Source: Raja brachyura
Lineage: Eukaryota
DNA: 64,000 bases
Assembly: GCA_963514005.1 (NCBI GenBank)
Contig: OY740806.1
Span: 19,778,001-19,842,000, forward strand
Reading direction: 5' to 3'
The notes beneath the pieces are model-generated. The model made no database searches and had not been told where the DNA came from. It saw nothing but the letters and a program-made list of their open reading frames with translations. Below are positions 1 to 12,562 of this stretch, in pieces. Both the position numbers and the translations under genes were made by a program. The first letter of the stretch is position 1. Every line of letters starts with the position of its first letter.

Positions 1-324
1 CACTTTAATTCCCAATTCTACGTCTATTCTGACCTGTGCATCAGTGGCCTGCTCCACTCCCAGTAGTGACGCCTGACATAAACTAGAACAACATCTTATC
101 ATCTGTTGAGGTACTTTTGCAATTTTCTGGAATGAATATTACGTTTTCCAACTTCACATACTGCTCTCCTATTGTGTTCTTATGTTCCTTTCTCAAACAG
201 CTTATTTGAACAGTCATGCTCCTTAATATCTGATCTTTCTTAAATTATCTCCATTGTCTTGCCCCTCATTCCTCCCTCCAGCTCTGCTTTGAAAACTGCC
301 AACCCTGCACTCCAGTAGAGTTAC

Positions 325-630
325 TGCAGCAGTAGAGTTGCTGCCTTACAATGGCAAAGATCCAGGTTCGATCCTGACGTAGGGTGCTCTACACTGAATT
401 TGTACGTCCTGCCCATGACCTGCGTGGGTTTTCTCCGAGATCTTCAGTTTCCTCCCACACTCCAAAGATGTACAGATTTGTGGGTAGGCTTGGTATAAAT
501 GTAAATTGTATAAATGTAAACTGTCCCTAATGTGTGTAGAATAGCGTTAATGTGTGGGGATAGTTGGTAGGCACAGACTCGGTGGGTCGAAGGGCCTGTT
601 TCCATGCTGTATTTCTAAACAAAACTAAAC
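325..630 (+). mobile_element. tRNA-derived SINE (HE1/V-SINE-like)
   Basis: B-box-like GGTTCGATCC at ~365, central body, 3' GGGCCTGTTTCCATGCTGTA and (CTAAA)n-like tail; family assignment from recognition only. Confidence 0.65.
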
Positions 631-1498
631 TCTCTCCAGCCTCTCCATTTCTAAGAAAGGGTCAATGAATCAAATTATTGTTTCTCTTTCATCTGGACTG
701 GGTGAGTTCTTCCAACATTTTGGTTCATGTTTCAACATCTGTAGATTTATGTATTAACTTCCTTAACTTTCTTCATTCAACTTAGTAAAATTCCATCTTC
801 TTCAATCTTTCTGCAAGAACTGCTTTCCTAAATCACTCTAATTATTCAAACAAATGTTTTTTCTCTCCTCTAGACTTGCTAAAATGGATAGCTAGAAATG
901 TCTACCATGTTCCAGCTAACTCAACAATTGAGATTGAGAAAAGCATTGTTGAAATTTGTTACCAGTTAGAAGTATTTTCTATGTGGTCCGTGGACTATAA
1001 ATCTTCACAGGAATCAATAGGAGAGACAACATGCCTCATTGGGTGATGTTCTATCCCATTGTCACCAGCCATGCTGGTTCGGTACATTTACAACATTGCG
1101 TAGCTATCAGCATGGATTACTCACCAGGCAGGTCAAAAAGTCAATTAATTACAAACTGTTAACTCTCAATCCTCAGCAATGTCCATGAATAGCAATGTTG
1201 GCATTGTTATCCTGTGGAACTTGCTCACTTGTAGCCTACACCCTAGTGCTTAGTTTGGATTTTGAGAGAACCACTTCACTTCACACCACATCCTGGCCAA
1301 ATTGTCTAAGACTACGAGATCCAGAAGACCTTCACCACAGTCAATTAAGCTGCATTTCAGACTGAAAAATCAAGGTGAGAAGCATTTCTGACATTACCTG
1401 GTTATTTAAAAGGCTAGGTGAAATACTTAGAACTTAGCCCATGTCCATGGTACGTAATTGGAAATTGTAATGAAAGAGCACAAAATGAACATACTTAC

Positions 1499-1825
1499 AA
1501 TTAACGTTGAGTGTTATGTGTTGCATTATCCACTCTTTGCTTGTTGCATGAAGGACCTGACAAGTAAAAACTGTCCTGTGGTCTTGCAAAGTGGGAGTAA
1601 AACTAATTTGACTTGTTGCGTCAAATGTGCCATCAGAGTTCCTGGTTGGGGAGAGTTTTGTGGTAATATTAACATCTGATTTTGTAGCTTGAGTGTCGTG
1701 AGGATGTTGCCATTGCATTGTGATGTTCTCAGGATAAAATCCCCATGCATGGCAGTCCAAAACAGATGCTTTCTCTGCTATTAAATCTCCCTGAGTCATT
1801 AGAATTTTTGGTGTAGATTCTGGGA
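1499..1825 (-). CDS. Ig C1-set domain exon of gene A (B7-H6/tapasin/SIRP-like C1)
   Basis: Open 327-nt phase 1-1 exon; acceptor tgttatttgttacag, donor gtaagt; LDCHAWGFYPENITMQW...NSDGTF...FTCQVLH has the C1-set C, GFYP, W, DGTF and CxVxH motifs. Confidence 0.88.
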
Positions 1826-2059
1826 CTGTAACAAATAACATGAAACAAAGTTATATGTTGCGCTACATACTTACATACTTATCCTTTCGTGCTAAATTAA
1901 AAACAAAAACAAAGCATGTTAATTAGCATTTATCCACTTAATGTATATAGGTCTGAAGAATGGTCTTGACCTGAAACATCACCCATTCCTTCTCTCCAGA
2001 GATGCTGCCTGTCCCTCTGTGTTACTTCAGCATTGTTTGTCTATCTTTAATGTTAAAAG

Positions 2060-2781
2060 CAATTCCACTTCAGTAAGTGTGAATCAGAAATATTATTTTT
2101 TCCTGGTGATAACCAATGTCTTGTAGACCCACATAAAGGCCTTCCCATGAGTGTTATAAATTGTATCGTTAATTGTTAACTTGGACACAGAGCATGACCT
2201 ATTCTGCATTGGCCCCCTTCGGTCATGGCTGACTATGGGTGTCTCCAGAATGTTATTCCCTATATGGAGGATGCCTGTGCATGGCTTTGTTTAACGTGGG
2301 GAGACTGGTGCACAGACAGCCACCCCACAGTCCTTGACAGATCTGCGTCAGAATCTAGTGGCATGGAGTCCAAGACGACCGGAGACCCTTTGCTACTGCA
2401 GCCTTCATCCGCCTTCTCAGCCGTTGTGACGCTCCACAAATGTCAGCCATCATCCTCCGCCTGTTCCACTGTTGAGGTCTTGGTTGGATTGCTCTTTGCC
2501 CGCTATTGTTTTTGATATTATCTATATTAAACCAAGGACCGCTCAGGGCATATGTAGGAAGGGACACAAAAAGCTGGAGTAACTCAGTGGGTCAGACACC
2601 ATCTCTGGAGAAGGTACAGGTGACATTTCGGGTCTTGACCTCTCAGGACCTTATTCACCATTCAGTTGTGAGTACTGAGGGGAGAAGTAAACAGCCAAGA
2701 TCTTTTACGTCATGGGTCGGTCAACTGTTCAGGAGAGGGGGAGTAGAGTTAGGGCCAAGGAAGGAATAATTGTCGGGATCT
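2060..2781 (-). pseudogene. Decayed C1-like exon split by two insertions (~2197-2506 and ~2545-2640)
   Basis: Acceptor ttctgcttcctacag; translated pieces IPTIIPFLGP...DLGCLLLPSVLTTEW, SGPWFNIDN and SVSKLTINDTIYNTHGKAFM resemble C1 strands; contains stops; 3' boundary approximate. Confidence 0.4.
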
Positions 2782-3919
2782 CTGTAGGAAGCAGAACAAA
2801 TTGACAGTGATCCATTTTTCCAGAACAAATAATACAAATTTTTCACGCAGGAATAGACAGAGTACAAGTTATACATTTAACCTGTTTAGTGCTGCCCCCG
2901 AGTATACTTGGGTCATTGGCCAAAAATGAAAAAAAACTTGGCCGTGAACAGGTTAAACAGAGATGCATTTAACATCAGAGATGGATTTAACAATTGTTGG
3001 TGACCTGAAACTGAACACCCAGGATTAGAATGTGACAAGGAAACCAGAGATATGTCCAAAAAGAAAATGTAACATTCTTGGATGAGGAAGGGGTGTGGCA
3101 GTTTTGAGGAAGGGGGTCAGTGCATTGCAGGAGAGAGAGAATAATCTGCCAAGGAGAAGAGAAAAATGTAAAGACCATGGTAAGAATCTTTCAAACTTTG
3201 TAGATTAAGCAGTGATGAATGAGAATTTTGGAAGCAGTTATAGAGTTATAGTGCTATACAGAATGGAAATAAGCCCTTTGGCCCACCATACCCATTCCCA
3301 ACAAAGTTAGTATTTCGATCTAGTCCCATTTGCTTGCAGCTTACAACCTAAGTGTATGTGCACATAGGTATCTAACCTACAAACGACTAAATTATTCAGT
3401 AGATTACTGAATATAAATAGTAAGATTAAACAAGACCTTACCAGTTTGAAGTTTGATCTTTATTTTATGAGGAGTTACGTTGGTGATTACGTGAAGAAGC
3501 CCCGCCAGTGCGCATGCGCGTCAATCTTCAAAGCAGCGATATGAAAACACAAATAACAGTTATCAAAGTAACATAGTAAGATGAGCAACTTGAGAACTAC
3601 CAGATGACCTTTGTGAGAGGGTTGGACGTGGAGGGCACGTAATCACCAACGTAACGCCTCATAAAATAAAGATCAAACTTCAAACTGGTAAGTTCTCGTT
3701 TAATCTTACTATTTTACTTCGGAGTCACGTGAGTGATTCCGTGAAGGGTTCAAAGCTTTGTGATTTCATGCCGCAGGTTCAAATCCTGGCTTCTCACTGC
3801 ATTGATTGACTCGGAATGAGAAATAATCAATAATGCATTAATGTTGACATTGCATTAAATGCAGTAACACATTTATTTGAATAACAAAAGAACAGTAACC
3901 CCTCTAACCCAGGGGGAAC

Positions 3920-4800
3920 TTAAACAGAACTTAATACGGTATTAGCAAAGAGCCCCGGATCGGCAATCGGCCGATGGTAGAAATGTTGAAAAGCCAACTC
4001 ATTTGACCACCCGGCGGCTGCGAGAATATGGTCGATGGGCAAGTCCATCGCCCTTGCCGCCGACGCTGCTGCTGCCCTAGTGGAATGAGATGTAAAAACA
4101 TCAGTGTTAATACCAGCATCAACCAATACTTGTTTCAACCACCTCGAGATAGTCTGTACTGACACTCTCTTGTGTGACTTCCTATAACTGATAAATAACC
4201 CTGTTTCCATATTTCATAAGGCCCTCGTAGCTTCAATGTATTGCAGCAAATGTGTTTTTACACATAGACATGGATCCGTGGGATATGCCGAAAAAACAAT
4301 CTTGAACTCTGTCACACCTGGCCTGCTCTGTTTGAGTAGGTCATAAATGTAGAACGTAACATTATCTGCAGCCAGTTATCTGTCTGCACTCGTTGTGCTG
4401 ATACCAGAGCCATGAGCATGACCACCTTCATGGTGACTTTGGCCAAAGTCGGAGATGTGACAGGGGTCCACTGACGAAGTAGCTTGAGGACTACGCTTAC
4501 ATCTCAGATTGCCATATATCTGGGTTTAGGAGGTCCGGAATTAAAAATACCTTTCATCAATAGAGAAACAAGAGGATGAGACCCAATAGGATGTTCTTCT
4601 GACCCCATCAATAAGTACGAAGACAATGCACTTCTAGTTGAATTGATTGCACTATAATTCAACCCCTCATCGTAATAGAGTGTTGACGGAAACTCTAGAA
4701 ATACCTGCCGTACAATATTCACTATTATTTTGTACACAGAAAACTTCCCATTTATTTACATAAGAAATATACTGCTTTTGAGTACCCGTCCTCCAGGCTG
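3920..4800 (-). pseudogene. DIRS tyrosine recombinase (frameshifted)
   Basis: SHSTRAAAASAA...ILAAAGWS...FQHFYHRP catalytic motifs; N-terminal part lies in another frame (4504-4737). Confidence 0.85.
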
Positions 4801-4864
4801 CAGTGAACATGTCCACAGTTCGCCCAGACAGTCCTCACCCCAGATATGGCCTTATTAAAACCTG

Positions 4865-6750
4865 CAAATTAACAAATCAATACGGTCATATAACGGATGC
4901 TGTTCGCCAGTTACCGGGTGCACCAGTAAATCCCTTTGTTTGGGAACAGCCATCAGGGGTTGTGTCACCAACTCCAATATCAAAAGGAACCATGGCTAAA
5001 TAGGCCAGTCGGGTATCACCAGCACCCCTGAAGCGGCATCCTGCTTAATTTTAAGCAGACACCGACTTATGAGACAGAATGGTGGAAATGCATATAAAAA
5101 CATACCACCTTAATGTAGCGAGAAAGTGTCAGTCGCTACTGCCCCAGGATCTGGTTCCCATGATACATATTTAGGTAGCTGGTGGTTGAGTCTGGATGCG
5201 AACAAGTCAATATCTGGCCTTCCATATTTGACAACTATATCATTGAATACGTCCTGATTCAACATCCATTCTGTGTTGTCATGGAATTTTCGTGACCTGG
5301 TGTCTGCTACTATATTGAATCTACCTGGTAGATAAATAGCTGAAAGCCAAATGTTATTGTTAATACACCAGGTCCAGATTTGATTAGCCAGTTTGTCACA
5401 AGAAACCGACTTGATTCCACCCATGTGATTAACACAGGCCACTGCCGTAGTGTTGTCAATTTGAAGCTGGTTAGTTGTGTTAGAACAATAAGCCTTGAGT
5501 CCATAAAAAAAACCTCCCAAAAGCTCTAAGTGATTAATTCCCCATGTCTGCAGAAGCAATGTCTCTTCCGCATTCCATCTGCCTTCACAGCTGGAGCTCG
5601 TATCAGTCGCACCCCACCCTAGTGCACTGACATCAGTCTGTCAGACCATGGAAGGCTGTTCAAGCACTACTTTGCTGGAACTACTAGAGACATGCTGAAT
5701 CCACCACTGAAGGTCAGTAACATCATCTGCTGATAACTGCACGGGCCTATTATAATGGCCCGAACATATCCTTAGTGCCTGTTCATTTGCCCTCTGTAAC
5801 TGCTGGTAGTGCAAAGGCACATACTGAACTGCCGGAAAAGCTGCCACTAATTTTCCGAGCAGGCTGACCACCTGTCTAATTGAAGGTTGTAGCTCATTCA
5901 AAAGCTTAATGCATCCATCAATTAGCTCCACTATTTTCGCATTGGGCAGAGTCACTGCCATGTGAATTGAATCAATTGTGAAACCCAAATAGTCAATTGT
6001 TGTAAGTGGTGTAAATTTGGATTTCGCTGGATGAATGATAAACCCCAAAAGTGATTGTAACAACTGCCACAGATGCTTCAGCTAATTCACTTTTGTGTCC
6101 TATAATTAATATATCATCCAAATAAGCCATAACCACATGACCCTGGGCTCTAAGTAGCCCCAGTACTGGCTTTAACAATTTAGTGAATATTCTAGGAGCT
6201 GAAGTTAACCCATTAGGCAGTGCCTTGAATTGCCATAATTGATTCATCCAGGTAAATTTCAAATACTTTCTATCTTCCAAATGAACAGACACTGAGTAAT
6301 ATGCATCTTTCAGATCTATAGTTGCCATATAACATCCTGTGGAAATCAGTTGCTTGGCAGTAAAGAATGCTTCCATTTTGAAGTGTCTATACTGTACAAA
6401 AGGGTTAAGACTTGTCAGATCCAAAATAATTCTACATCCTCCGTCCTATTTCGGTTGGGGAAAAATATTTGACTTAGTGAACCAACCTCTCAATTACTCC
6501 TTAATTACTCAAATTTTCATGTTCAGCCTGAACCTCCATTACTTCTGTTTGTGAAAAATGGAGTGTTCTGCTAGGAACATGCTGGAGGGGCAAATCACCA
6601 TTTGGATCTAACTTAATTCGAATCCCTTGAATAATACTCATGATAAATGGATCTGAGGTAATTTGCTTCGATTCCTCATAGAACAGATGTAATCTACCCC
6701 AAACCTTTGGCTGTGTTGTACTTAATATGTTCCCATGAGAACCTGGCCCA
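4865..6750 (-). pseudogene. DIRS RT-RNase H-methyltransferase-like ORF (fragmented)
   Basis: IDLKDAY, LPNGL, YLDD, INHLEL/IDNTTAV (RNase H), DIDLFAS and YAFPPF (MT-like) spread over several frames. Confidence 0.9.
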
Positions 6751-7949
6751 CCTACCTCCTTGGTAACTGGTGTGACCTGCTGTCCCCAGTTCCGGGTGGG
6801 AAGCCCCACGTTTGTCCGTGTTCCCGCTGCAGATTGCCAACTGCACATCTGCATCGATGGCCGACTTGTTCCTGGTGTAGACCCGGAATCTGCACCTCTT
6901 CTGTATGGATACCTTCTCCTCACAGATTTGCTGACCATCGGTGTCTTAATCAAACCCACCGTTTTTGCTTCGTAATCCAACTCCTTCACGCGTTTCGCGA
7001 GGTCCTCCCCAAAGAGTAAGTTGGGTAGTTGCACATTGGTGGGCTTGCAGAGCGCTGCAAACTTAGGGTTGATGGTGGGCCGAATGGCACTCTTCCTGAG
7101 ACAATTGATCTTAAAGTGGGCGCTGCACAGCAACCCTAGTGACTCTTGATGTGTCTCCGACAGATGCCCCCCATCCATTGTTCTAGTGAACGCCGTGATT
7201 CCTGAACCCAGCAGCTTCAGGATTCCCTGCAGCTTTATTTCCTGGGCACGCATGCCCACGCCCATCTGACCCCATATCACCTGGTTTACTGCCGGTACCT
7301 TTAGCAACACGCAGTTCCTCGGGGACTCGTGCATTTTGGCGGTGTCGTCCATCGTGAGCTCCTGGAGCTGATGGGATACCATATAATTTATCGTGGAGAC
7401 CAGTTCTTCTCCCAGTGGCTCTCCTGACTCTGACGGGACAGCGAATCGTGCTGCCAGAGATGGGACATCTGGCAGCTGCTGTTGTTCGCTTGGCTCCACC
7501 TCACCGTCAGAGTTGGGGTCAGAACTCAGCTGACCCATTGCACGCGCCTCATCAATGAGGGTGCTATCGAGCAGCCCTCTACTAGGTGCTGCTGGCGCGG
7601 CCTCTTCTCCAGCCTGGTGCCGACACCACTCCTCCTCCTGGAGTGTGCCCTGCTGGAGCAACCTGTGCAACAGGTGCTCCATTTGGGATAACTGTTCAAA
7701 AACGATGTCCAGCTCCGGAGGGGAATCTTCCTGGCCCGACTCCCCCGATTCCGTGGGCCTGACAGACTTGTGCATTGCATTACGCCCGACTAGCGCTGGC
7801 TCTGTGCTTTGCAGCAGCAAGTCTGCAGTCGCCCCGCTCCCAGCCGGCAACTGTGCAGGGGTATGAGGCAGCCGTTCACAGACCACACTCCCGCGGCTGT
7901 CTACGGTTTTTGCTCCGGCTCGCCTCTTCCCCTTGCCCGCCTTGTCCAT
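6501..7949 (-). CDS. DIRS ORF1 (gag-like), open and running into the start of the pol region
   Basis: Long ORF; INPKFAALC...LLFGEDLAKRVKEL block is shared with ORF1 of the DIRS at 21-22.7 kb. Confidence 0.8.
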   Translation of the reverse strand: MDKAGKGKRRAGAKTVDSRGSVVCERLPHTPAQLPAGSGATADLLLQSTEPALVGRNAMHKSVRPTESGESGQEDSPPELDIVFEQLSQMEHLLHRLLQQGTLQEEEWCRHQAGEEAAPAAPSRGLLDSTLIDEARAMGQLSSDPNSDGEVEPSEQQQLPDVPSLAARFAVPSESGEPLGEELVSTINYMVSHQLQELTMDDTAKMHESPRNCVLLKVPAVNQVIWGQMGVGMRAQEIKLQGILKLLGSGITAFTRTMDGGHLSETHQESLGLLCSAHFKINCLRKSAIRPTINPKFAALCKPTNVQLPNLLFGEDLAKRVKELDYEAKTVGLIKTPMVSKSVRRRYPYRRGADSGSTPGTSRPSMQMCSWQSAAGTRTNVGLPTRNWGQQVTPVTKEVGGPGSHGNILSTTQPKVWGRLHLFYEESKQITSDPFIMSIIQGIRIKLDPNGDLPLQHVPSRTLHFSQTEVMEVQAEHENLSN

Positions 7950-8913
7950 GGTGCTATCTAAAGAGATACAACACGGCACCACAGCAAAACGGACCCGAAC
8001 TCCAGCTAAGTTTTTCCCACTTACCTGGAGTCTAAATACTTACCACTCTAGGAGCTCTGTTCCTTCCAGCCTCCATGCACCAACGCGGCTGACGTAATGA
8101 CGCGCACGCGCACTGGCGGGACTTCTTCACGGAATCACTCACGTGACTCCGAAGTAAAATTTAACCTAAACGAGTATTGAAATATAGGCAATCCAAATAT
8201 TTGGAAGAATTGTATTTTAAGAATTGTAGAGCCAGCTAATAGAGTCATACAGCGTGCAAACAGGCCCTTCGGCCCAACTTGTCCACGCTGACCTATATGC
8301 CCTATCTACACTAGTACCACCTGCCCGCGCTTGGCCATTAACCCTCTAAACCCATCCTATCCATCCAGCCAATACCTGGAGCAGGTAATAACAATGAAAG
8401 AAGCACAAAATGAATTTCAGTGATAGTCTTCATACCTAACCTATGATTCTTTGCATTAAAACTGCAGGTGCTGGAGATCTGAGTTGAAAATAAAAATATT
8501 GCAAACTCTGAGCTGATCAGGCAGAATCTGTGGAAAAATAAACTTTAATTGTTTCCGTTAAGACAGTTGTAACCTATGCTGCTCAGTGTTGCTACCTTTC
8601 TCCAACTTTATTTGATGATCCCTTTGCCTTGGATACATAACTGCACAGACTACATTTGACAGAATATTCCACAATTAACACGGGTAAATTACTTATTATT
8701 CTTCTTCGTTGGAATGAATTACAATTAATTAGCCTGACTTCCCATAGTGCTTGTTATTAATCTATATCAGTGTATCTAAATGTGGTATGATATGTAACTA
8801 TAATCAATACATATTATAGGAACTGCATTTCTGCAGAATTATATAAATACTTTATCATAAACCTGCATAGAGTGCAGAGACTGGAGATCATCATAGTATT
8901 GCAAATACTTTAC

Positions 8914-9261
8914 CATAAACCTGTATTCGTGTTCCTTGGCCCTTTTCATGAATTGGAGGGAAGACATTTGGTACTTTCACCACACAAGTGTAGTTGTAAA
9001 CAGAGTGACCAAACGATACATTTTCAATCTTCAGTGATACCGTACAGTGCTTGAAACCATCCCAGAGAGGGTGAGGAATGCAGAGCGATTTGTTCGTGTT
9101 GTAAGTAGCATCAGGCCATCCAGGTGATGTCCGATACCATGAAACGCGGAGCCAGGCATTCGCACTTCCATCATAAGTAAATGTACAGTTTAACATGACG
9201 GACTCGCCCCTCCCCACACTGACCAGACGTGGCTGGGTCAACTCTGTGATCAACGGAACTC
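8914..9261 (-). CDS. VJ-type IgV exon (gene A, V1)
   Basis: Open 348-nt phase 1-1 exon; acceptor ttatgttccatcag, donor gtaaag; TQP, LNC, WYR, SLKI, YTC and J-like GQGTRIQV. Confidence 0.9.
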
Positions 9262-9761
9262 CTGATGGAACATAAATAAATTTGTTATTTTTACTTCCAT
9301 TTATAGTCACGCAGAAGCTCACTTTATACAACACCAGTGTGCGGGGATCATTGATCAACGCAAACTTGGTGGGCCAAAGGGCCTGTTTCAAAACTGTATC
9401 TCTAAATTAAACGAAACTATACTAAACGAACCTAAAAGCAATGCTGAACTGGAGACGAAAACAGAATGCTGGAAGAACTCAGTGGGTCAAGCAGCATCTC
9501 GGGGGATGAAGGGATAATATGTTTTGGGTGAGTCCCTGAAACAGGACGTAGGGGGGATTAGAAAATATGACCAGTATGTAGTAGGATGTGGGAGAATGGG
9601 ATGGGGATTAGTTAGCAAAAGGTAGAACCAGATGGGGAGCAGGGAATGTGCAAATGGATCAATGGGTGGGGTGGAAGAGGAGATCAAAGCAGATGGTGGA
9701 AGAGGACCTAAATTTAACATTGGCTTTCCATTGCATCAATTATTTTTAAAATATATAATTA

Positions 9762-11810
9762 TGCATTTAACAAAACAATACGGTCATATAACGGATGCCG
9801 TTCGCCAGTTACCGGGTGCACCAGTAAATCCCTTCGTTTGGGAACAGCCATCAGGGGTTGTGTCATCAACTCCAATATCAAAGGGAACCATGGCTGAGTA
9901 GGCCAGTCGGGTATCACCAGCACCCCTGAAGTGGCATCCTGCTTAATTTTAAGGAGACACCTACTTATGAGACAGAATGGTGGAAATGCATATAAAAACA
10001 TACCACCTTAATGTAGCGAGAAAGCGTCATTCGCTACTGCCCCAGGATCTGGATCCCATGATACATATTTAGGTATTTGGTGGTTGAGTCTGGATGTGAA
10101 CAAGTCGATATCTGGCCGTCCATATTTGACAACTGTATCATTGAATACGTCCTGATTCAACATCCATTCTGTGTTGTCATGGAATTTTCGTGACCTGGTG
10201 TCTGCTACTATATTGAATCTACCTGGTAGATAAATAGCTGAAAGCCAAATGTTATTGTCAATACACCAGGTCCAGATTTGATTAGCCAGTTTGTCACAAG
10301 ATACCGACCTGATTCCACCCATGTGATTAACATAGGCCACTGCCGTAGTGTTGTCAATTTGATGCTGAACATGCAGGTTAGTTGTGTTAGAACAATAAGC
10401 CTTGAGTCCATAAAAAAAAACTCCCAAAAGATCTAAGTAGTTAATTCCCCATGTCTGCAGAAGCAATGTCTCTTCCGCATTCCATCTGCCTTCACAGCTG
10501 GAGCTCGTATCAGTGGCACCCCACCCTAGTGCACTGACATCAGTCTGTCAGACCATGGACGGCTGTTCAAGCACTACTTTGCTGGAACTACTGGAGACAT
10601 GCTGAATCCACCACTGCAGGTCAGTAACAGCATCTGCTGATAACTGCACGGGCGGATTATAATGGCCCAAATGTATCCTGAGTGCCTGTTCATTTGCCCT
10701 CTGTAACTGCTGGTAGTGCAAAGGGACATACTGAACTGCCCACCGTTTTTGCTTCGTCATCCAGCTCCTTCATGCGTTTCGCGAGGTCCTCCCCAAAGAG
10801 TAAGTTGGGTGGTTGCACGTTGGTGGGCTTGCAGAGCGCTGCAAACTTAGGGTTGATGGTGGGCCGAATCGCACTCTTCCTGAGACAATTGATCTCAAAG
10901 TGGGCGCTGCACAGCAACCCTAGTGCCTCTTGATGTGTCTCCGACAGATGCCCCCCATCCATTGTTCTAGCGAACGCCGTGATTCCTGAACCCAGCAGCT
11001 TCAGGATTCTCTACAGCTTTGTTTCCTGGGCACGCATGCCCACGCCCATCTGACCCCATATCACCTGGTTTACTGCCGGCACGTTTAGCAACACGCAGTT
11101 CCTCGGGGACTCGTGCTTTTTGGCGATGTCGTCCATCATAAGTTCTTGGAGGTGATGGGATACCATATCATTTATCGTGGAGGCCAGTTCTTCTCCCAGT
11201 GGCTCTCCTGACTCTGACGGGACAGCGAATCGTGCTGCCAGAGATGGGACATCTGGCAGCTGCCGTTCTTCGCTTGGCTCAACCTCACCTTCAGAGTCGG
11301 GGTCAGAACTCAGCTGACCCATTGCACGCGCCTCATCAATGAGGGTGCTATCGAGCAGCCCTCTACTAGGTGCTGCTGGTGCGGCCTCTTCTCCAGCCTG
11401 GTGCCGACACCACTCCTCCTCCTGGAGTGTGCCCTGCTGGAGCAACCTGTGCAACAGGTGCTCCATTTGGGATAACTGTTCAAAAACGATGTCCAGCTCC
11501 GGAGGGGAATCTTCCTGGCCCGACTCCCCCGATTCCGTGGGCCTGACAGACTTGTGCATTGCATTACGCCCGACTAGCGCTGGCTCTGTGCTTTGCAGCA
11601 GCAAGTCTGCAGTCGCCCCGCTCGCAGCCGGCAACTGTGCAGGGGTATGAGGCAGCCGTTCACAGACCGCACTCCCGCGGCTGCCTACGGTTTTTACTCC
11701 GGCTCGCCTCTTCCCCTTGCCCGCCTTGTCCATGGTGCTACCTAAAGAGATACAACACGGCACTGGCGGGACTTCTTCACGGAATCACTCACGTGACTCC
11801 GAAGTAAAAT
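9762..11810 (-). mobile_element. Partial duplicate of the 3415-8160 DIRS with two internal deletions
   Basis: Near-identical to 4865-8160; deletion junctions at ~10740 and ~11760; same 5' junction and flank as 8160. Confidence 0.92.
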
Positions 11811-12562
11811 TAAACCTAAACAAGTATTGAAATATAGGCAATCCAAATATTTGGAAGAATTGTATTTTAAGAATTGTAAAGCCAGCTAATAGAGTCATAC
11901 AGCGTGCAAACAGGCCCTTCGGCCCAACTTGCCCACGCTGACCTATATGCCCTATCTACACTAGTACCACCTGCCCGCGCTTGGCCATTAACCCTCTAAA
12001 CCCATGCTATCCATCCTGCCAATACCTGGAGCAGATAATAACAATGAAAGAAGCACAAAATGAATTTCAGTGATGTCTTCATACCTAACCTATGATTCTT
12101 TGCATTAAAACTGCAGGTGCTGGAGATCTGAGTTGAAAATAAAAATATTGCAAACTCTGAGCTGATCAGGCAGAATCTGTGGAAAAATAAACTTTAATTG
12201 TTTCCCTTAAGACAGTTGTAACCTATGCTGCTCAGTGTTGCTACCGTTCTCCAACTTTATTTGATGATCCCTTTGCCTTGGATACATAACTGCACAGACT
12301 ACATTTGACAGAATATTCCACAATTAACACGGGTAAATTACTTATTATTCTTCTTCGTTGGAATGAATTACAATTAATTAGCCTGATTTCCCATAGTGCC
12401 TGTTATTAATCTATATCAGTGTATCTAAATGTGGTATGATATGTAACTATAATCAATACATATTATAGGAACTGCATTTCTGCAGAATTATATAAATACT
12501 TTATCATAAACCTGCATAGAGTGCAGAGACTGGAGATCATCATCGTATTGCAAATACTTTAC

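Larger units (their letters stand above)
3415..8160 (-). mobile_element. DIRS1-type tyrosine-recombinase retrotransposon, full length but degenerate
   Basis: Inverted terminal repeats (~3491-3523 vs ~8098-8130); internal complementary region ~3637-3746 matches both termini; gag, RT (YLDD)/RNase H, MT and YR (HSTR) remnants; AAAT at both ends; paralogous empty site near 49040. Confidence 0.95.

Noticed and set aside
8914-9261. Germline-joined Ig light chain, IgNAR or TCR V gene
   Set aside because: Lacks FGxG/WGxG and DxxxYYC, the leader is kilobases away, and no RSS; better described as a non-rearranging VJ IgSF domain
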